Positions 57,158 to 64,000 of a stretch of DNA of 64,000 nt are shown here, piece after piece; the first letter of the stretch is position 1; the number at the start of each line of letters is the position of its first letter. Source of the DNA: Eledone cirrhosa (Eukaryota); assembly GCA_964016885.1 (NCBI GenBank), contig OZ024742.1:60140001-60204000 (forward strand), read 5' to 3'. The notes below the pieces were generated by a model. That model saw nothing but the letters and a program-made list of their open reading frames with translations, did no database searches and had not been told where the DNA came from. The translations under genes were made by a program, and so were the position numbers.

Positions 57158-57286
57158 GTTAGCTTGGCCTTTCATCCTTTCGGGGTCGATAAAATGAAGT
57201 ACAAATAAGCACTGGGGTCGGTTGAATCAACTTTCCCCTTCCATTCAAATCGTTGGCCTTATGCCAAAAGTAGAAACAATTATTAT
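57158..57286 (+). mobile_element. SINE A 3' half
   Basis: GCCTTTCATCCTTTCGGGGTCGATAAAATGAAGTAC...GCCAAAAGTAGAAACAATTATTATT. Confidence 0.8.
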
Positions 57287-58685
57287 TTTCGTCATTTTCA
57301 ACATCATTATTTTGTGCGTTATCACTGCATTACCAGGTGCAGCTGTGTGCGCCGTGTCTATGTGCAGTGTAGTTTTCGGTGTTGTTGTTTCTATTGTATT
57401 GAGAGTATTCTTCGTAATATTTATGCAGTGCCTAATTATCTTTGTATGCTGTATATATGTTTAAGTCCTGGAGTTATGGTTATGAATCTGTCTGTATTTT
57501 TTATCATTCCAGAGCACCTATAATTATAGGTATTGTTTCCACTTCATCATCCACATTGGGGTTATTTCTATCTTTAGATTTTATATTTGGATAGGTTTTC
57601 CATTTCCTTGGTAGATGTATAGTTCTCTGTGGGGATTGATACATAATTTTTCTTGTAATCTTTGACTATAATATCTGATAGGTTGGTTTTGATCTCCTGT
57701 CTGTATATATTGGCATATCCCAGAGAATGTTGTTTCGTCATTCTGTAATACCTTTTCTGGTATGTGTCTGTACCATAATTTTTCTGTTGGTATTTCATAG
57801 CATTGGTATAATTTCCAGTGCATACATCTTCCCAGTCTATCATGTTAATTGTTTCTTCTCCACATCCACATATTCTGCAGTTACATGATGTACTTTTGGT
57901 GATTTCTGGTGGGAAGATATTGGTTTTGTGTTGCAATTAGGAATCCTTCTGTCTCGTATTTTAGTCCAATGCTTCGTAGCCAGTTTTGTGTATTTTGTTG
58001 TTTACTTCCTCTCTATTCAGCCTTTTCATTATTATTGTAATTGTTTCTTTGCTCAGCTTCTAACACTGGAGTTGTATTGCTGTGTTAGCTGGTCACTACT
58101 AAAAGAGCGAGCAATAGCCAATGGCCATATCTTCTTTGAGTCATTCCTTCTCCTTCAACTTTATAAAACCCGCGTTTTCTCCAACAATGCCGTCTTGATG
58201 GTAATTCCAAGTTCTCAGGTCATGTATCAAACCTTTACGAACTGTACGCAATGTGCCAAATACAATCGGTAACANNNNNNNNNNNNNNNNNNNNNNNNNN
58301 NNNNNNNNNNNNNNNNNNNNNNNNNNNNNNNNNNNNNNNNNNNNNNNNNNNNNNNNNNNNNNNNNNNNNNNNNNNNNNNNNNNNNNNNNNNNNNNNNNNN
58401 NNNNNNNNNNNNNNNNNNNNNNNNNNNNNNNNNNNNNNNNNNNNNNNNNNNNNNNNNNNNNNNNNNNNNNNNNNTTTTTGGTAAATATCATCTTGGTTAA
58501 GAGAGTGGGACTGGCTTTGTGCAGTGCCTTTGCTCACTATAAAAGCTTCACGGCACAGGCATTGCTTTATATCTGGAGATCTCTCTGCACTTGTCGTCAC
58601 ATGGTACCATGGGCCCAGCACTATGTGTCAGTAATTGTCACAAGTGTAGTGTTTGTACCAGAGTTTTCAAGTCGCTGGCTGGACT
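57287..58685 (-). mobile_element. Decayed R4/Dong-like non-LTR retrotransposon (zinc knuckle plus RLE), spanning the gap
   Basis: CRICGCGEETINMI, WYRHIPEKVLQN, SDIIVKD...VSIPTENYTSTKEMENLSKYK match the CCHC plus PD-(D/E)xK C-terminus of RLE elements. Confidence 0.75.
58275..58474. other. Assembly gap (200 N)
   Basis: Run of N. Confidence 1.
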
Positions 58686-58776
58686 AAAAAGTCACACTCG
58701 TTCAGCGCATCGGTAGGGGTTCTCCTACATGGATATAAAGCAGTGGCCGTACTCGAAAACGAGTTGGCAGCCACCA

Positions 58777-61324
<2,548 letters not shown>

Positions 61325-61379
61325 TATTGAGTACTTTGGTCCGTTATGGTCCACCTGGTTCCTTACCACATTTCCTTCG

Positions 61380-61429
<50 letters not shown>

Positions 61430-61845
61430 GATATTAAACAAATGGAAACTATATTTATAAAACCATATTTATTTCTTATACTTATTTCAGGGATACGATA
61501 TCGTCAGATAAAATACAATATATGAACAGTTTTATAAATAATTTTGACGTACCATAATATAAGCGACCATTAAATTAGGAGGCTGCCTTGGTAGTGAAGT
61601 GTTTATAAATATTTAGTTATAGTGTTCTTAAACACGTGGTTAATACCTAACAGGTTTAAATGACCAGTGTGTATATTGTTTTATATTTTAAGATGACCTC
61701 CCCTTACCTTCTTGGGGTCAGCGCGTATTTTATCTTTGGGAGGACTGCTGGATTTTCAAATCTACCAGTTTCTTCTTAGCGCTGAAGGAGACCATCACTA
61801 ACCTATTAATGTCTATATAATTCTTATATCGATATTATTTGGGCA

Positions 61846-61969
61846 TCCACTGATGAGTTTATAAGAGCCCGCCTTTGTGTAAAACTATGGATTATATACA
61901 AGATTCTACATAACCTGGAAATTATTTATCCCAAATTGTAGAAATCTTATAACGAAACGTCCGTCTGGA
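61846..61969 (+). ncRNA. Type I hammerhead ribozyme motif with branched stem II (F3)
   Basis: TCCA CTGATGA GTTTATAAGA...TCTTATAAC GAAA CGTCCG TC TGGA; GUC site. Confidence 0.8.
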
Positions 61970-62151
61970 AGGAAAGAGATATTTATTTAATAATGTCTCA
62001 TATAAAACAATACAACCAGGTATCCACGAAATACAGATTAGTTAGCACCCCAAACACTAAATTGTGAAAATACTTAGGTATATCCTAATGTTTGTTGAGT
62101 GAGATGGAGTTGGTCAGAGTATCGCCTACGGATTTCGCTGTTAATGTGTTG

Positions 62152-62184
<33 letters not shown>

Positions 62185-62252
62185 TATATATATATATAAT
62201 ATATATGTATATATATATATATTCATATATATACGTAGAGAGATGGGACAGA

Positions 62253-62334
<82 letters not shown>

Positions 62335-63547
62335 AAAGTGCGTGATATTATCACAGTATTCCCGTACAAGTAATTAAAATAGCATATTTACATAACCATG
62401 TGATTATAAAAAGTTTCATAAAGAGTTGTTTTATAGGAGATTGGTTAGTTCTCAGAAACCTGTATTCACATGCTTTTCTGTTTTTTGCTGTTTGAATTAA
62501 CAATTAATCTTGGCGTGTGAAAGCAGACATTATCTTAATGGTTTAGAACTTTCCTTCTAAAGAACAAAATGTCCCAAACTGAAAGCATCTGAATATTACG
62601 GCACAAGGCAGCCCAGATTTGGAGAAAGTAATTAAATAGTCGAAAACGGTTTGAAAGCCGGCCAGAGTAAATCTACTCATTATAGAAAGGTCAGGTATTG
62701 CCACATTCTGTATAAAAAAATCTCCCTAATAATTATGTTAAGAGTACGCAGATCTGTGAAATACTGAGTGATTTACACCAACAAAAATGATATGGAATTT
62801 AACTTTTTATTCAAAGTAACGTCTTTATTACGCATTGTGCCACTATGCATCTTCGCGTCATTAAAATATTACAAGTCTAATAGTGTGATTGATTCTTTCT
62901 CAATCTCTCTTTATGAAGTCATCTTCACCACTTCCTGTCGCACGTTTCTTCTTTCCTTGGAAGAATTTGTGTGTGTTCAGACATGAAGTGGGATGGGCTT
63001 CCTCAAGTTTGAATAGTGTCTTCGATAGGCAATGTGTCATGATGGTAGCCCTAAAATTCCCCAATAACCTACAGTAATTCCGCTATAATTTGTAGCGCCT
63101 TCCACCTATTAATTTATACATATATTAATGACAGTGCATGTAGATCGCAGCATTAGCTGAAAGAAATGGAAGCTCTGGGTTCAAATCGCAATGAATCATC
63201 TTCCACCTTAATCTAAGGAGTACATAGCTTTCTTGTTCTAACAACTACAAAATTTGTATTCCGAACATAGTCCCTCACCATAATCCAACTTACTTCTGTC
63301 ATAATTGTAAAAAAAAGAATTTAAAGCGATATCAGCAACTAAGTAGCCTTTATCTGGGTTATTTAGTCATATATACCTTTGAGCCTATAAAGTATATCTC
63401 AGAGTCTTTAATACTGAAGCTTTACCGATTGATGATCTCTTATTATAGGATGCAAAATTTGACCGGAGTATACATTTCTTGGAGCTTATAAGTTTCTTTT
63501 TCTTTCATTATGTTTCATTTTATGTATATATATCTATATCTATATAA

Positions 63548-63743
63548 AACGAAGGTAGTGTGGTAAGGAAGCAGGTGGACCATAACACACCAGAGTACTC
63601 GATACTTTAGGTAGTAGAGTGGGTAATAGGGAAAGAGTCAGATCCCGACGGCGGAGCACAAGCCGTTTCGACAGCTATTTCTGGACTATCCAGTAATAGC
63701 TGTCGAAACGGCTTGAGCTCCGCCGTCGGGTCTGACCCTTTTC
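63548..63743. mobile_element. F7 element with fold-back (arms 63631-63685 and 63689-63743)
   Basis: GACGGCGGAGCACAAGCCGTTTCGACAGCTATT...AATAGCTGTCGAAACGGCTTGAGCTCCGCCGTC. Confidence 0.85.
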
Positions 63744-63754
63744 ATATATATATA

Positions 63755-63960
63755 TGTTGACATACCCGCAGAAAAACAACCTTGACGGTTGAAGGTTCTA
63801 CCGTCAAGGTTGTTTTTCCGCGGTATGTCAACATTTATAAAACAAATTTTGAATTTATCTGATGAAAGCGCACCAAACTTTGCCTTGGTTGCCCTCTAAA
63901 TATATATAATAAAATAATTATGGTTTTATAAATATACTTTCCATTTATTAATATATTGAA
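63755..63960 (+). mobile_element. F13 copy: 5' hairpin (63755-63833) and HHR with G12 mutated (63853-63914)
   Basis: TTTAT CTGATGA AAGCGCACCAA...TTGGTTGCCCTC TAAA TATATA TA ATAAA; homologous to 49482-49640. Confidence 0.7.
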
Positions 63961-64000
63961 TATTTACTCCAGTATACTGTTGAGTGCTTCATATCAGTTA

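Overview
Repeat-saturated, AT-rich eukaryotic non-coding DNA. The (TA)n/(GATA)n load and SINE types suggest a cephalopod such as octopus (inference only). I found no host protein-coding exon; almost all ORFs in the track are microsatellite translations. The only long intact ORF is a 5'-truncated L1/Tx1-type LINE ORF2 (29076-31826, minus) flanked by (GATA)n on both sides. Also present: a decayed chimeric Tx1 copy, R4/Dong-like, RTE and CR1-group LINE remnants, two tRNA-type SINE families, a TIR-bounded element and a 200-N gap. The main hidden signal is about 20 type I hammerhead ribozyme (HHR) motifs, folded by eye, from roughly ten unrelated small non-coding element families sitting in (TA)n tracts as tandem, partial-tandem and fold-back copies (Penelope-like/retrozyme-like). 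They include a ~592-nt circularly permuted tandem unit with a U3-A8 core variant and a family with a branched ~100-nt stem II. A candidate HDV-like ribozyme heads a bipartite non-autonomous RTE element. All folds are manual, and repeat boundaries are approximate.
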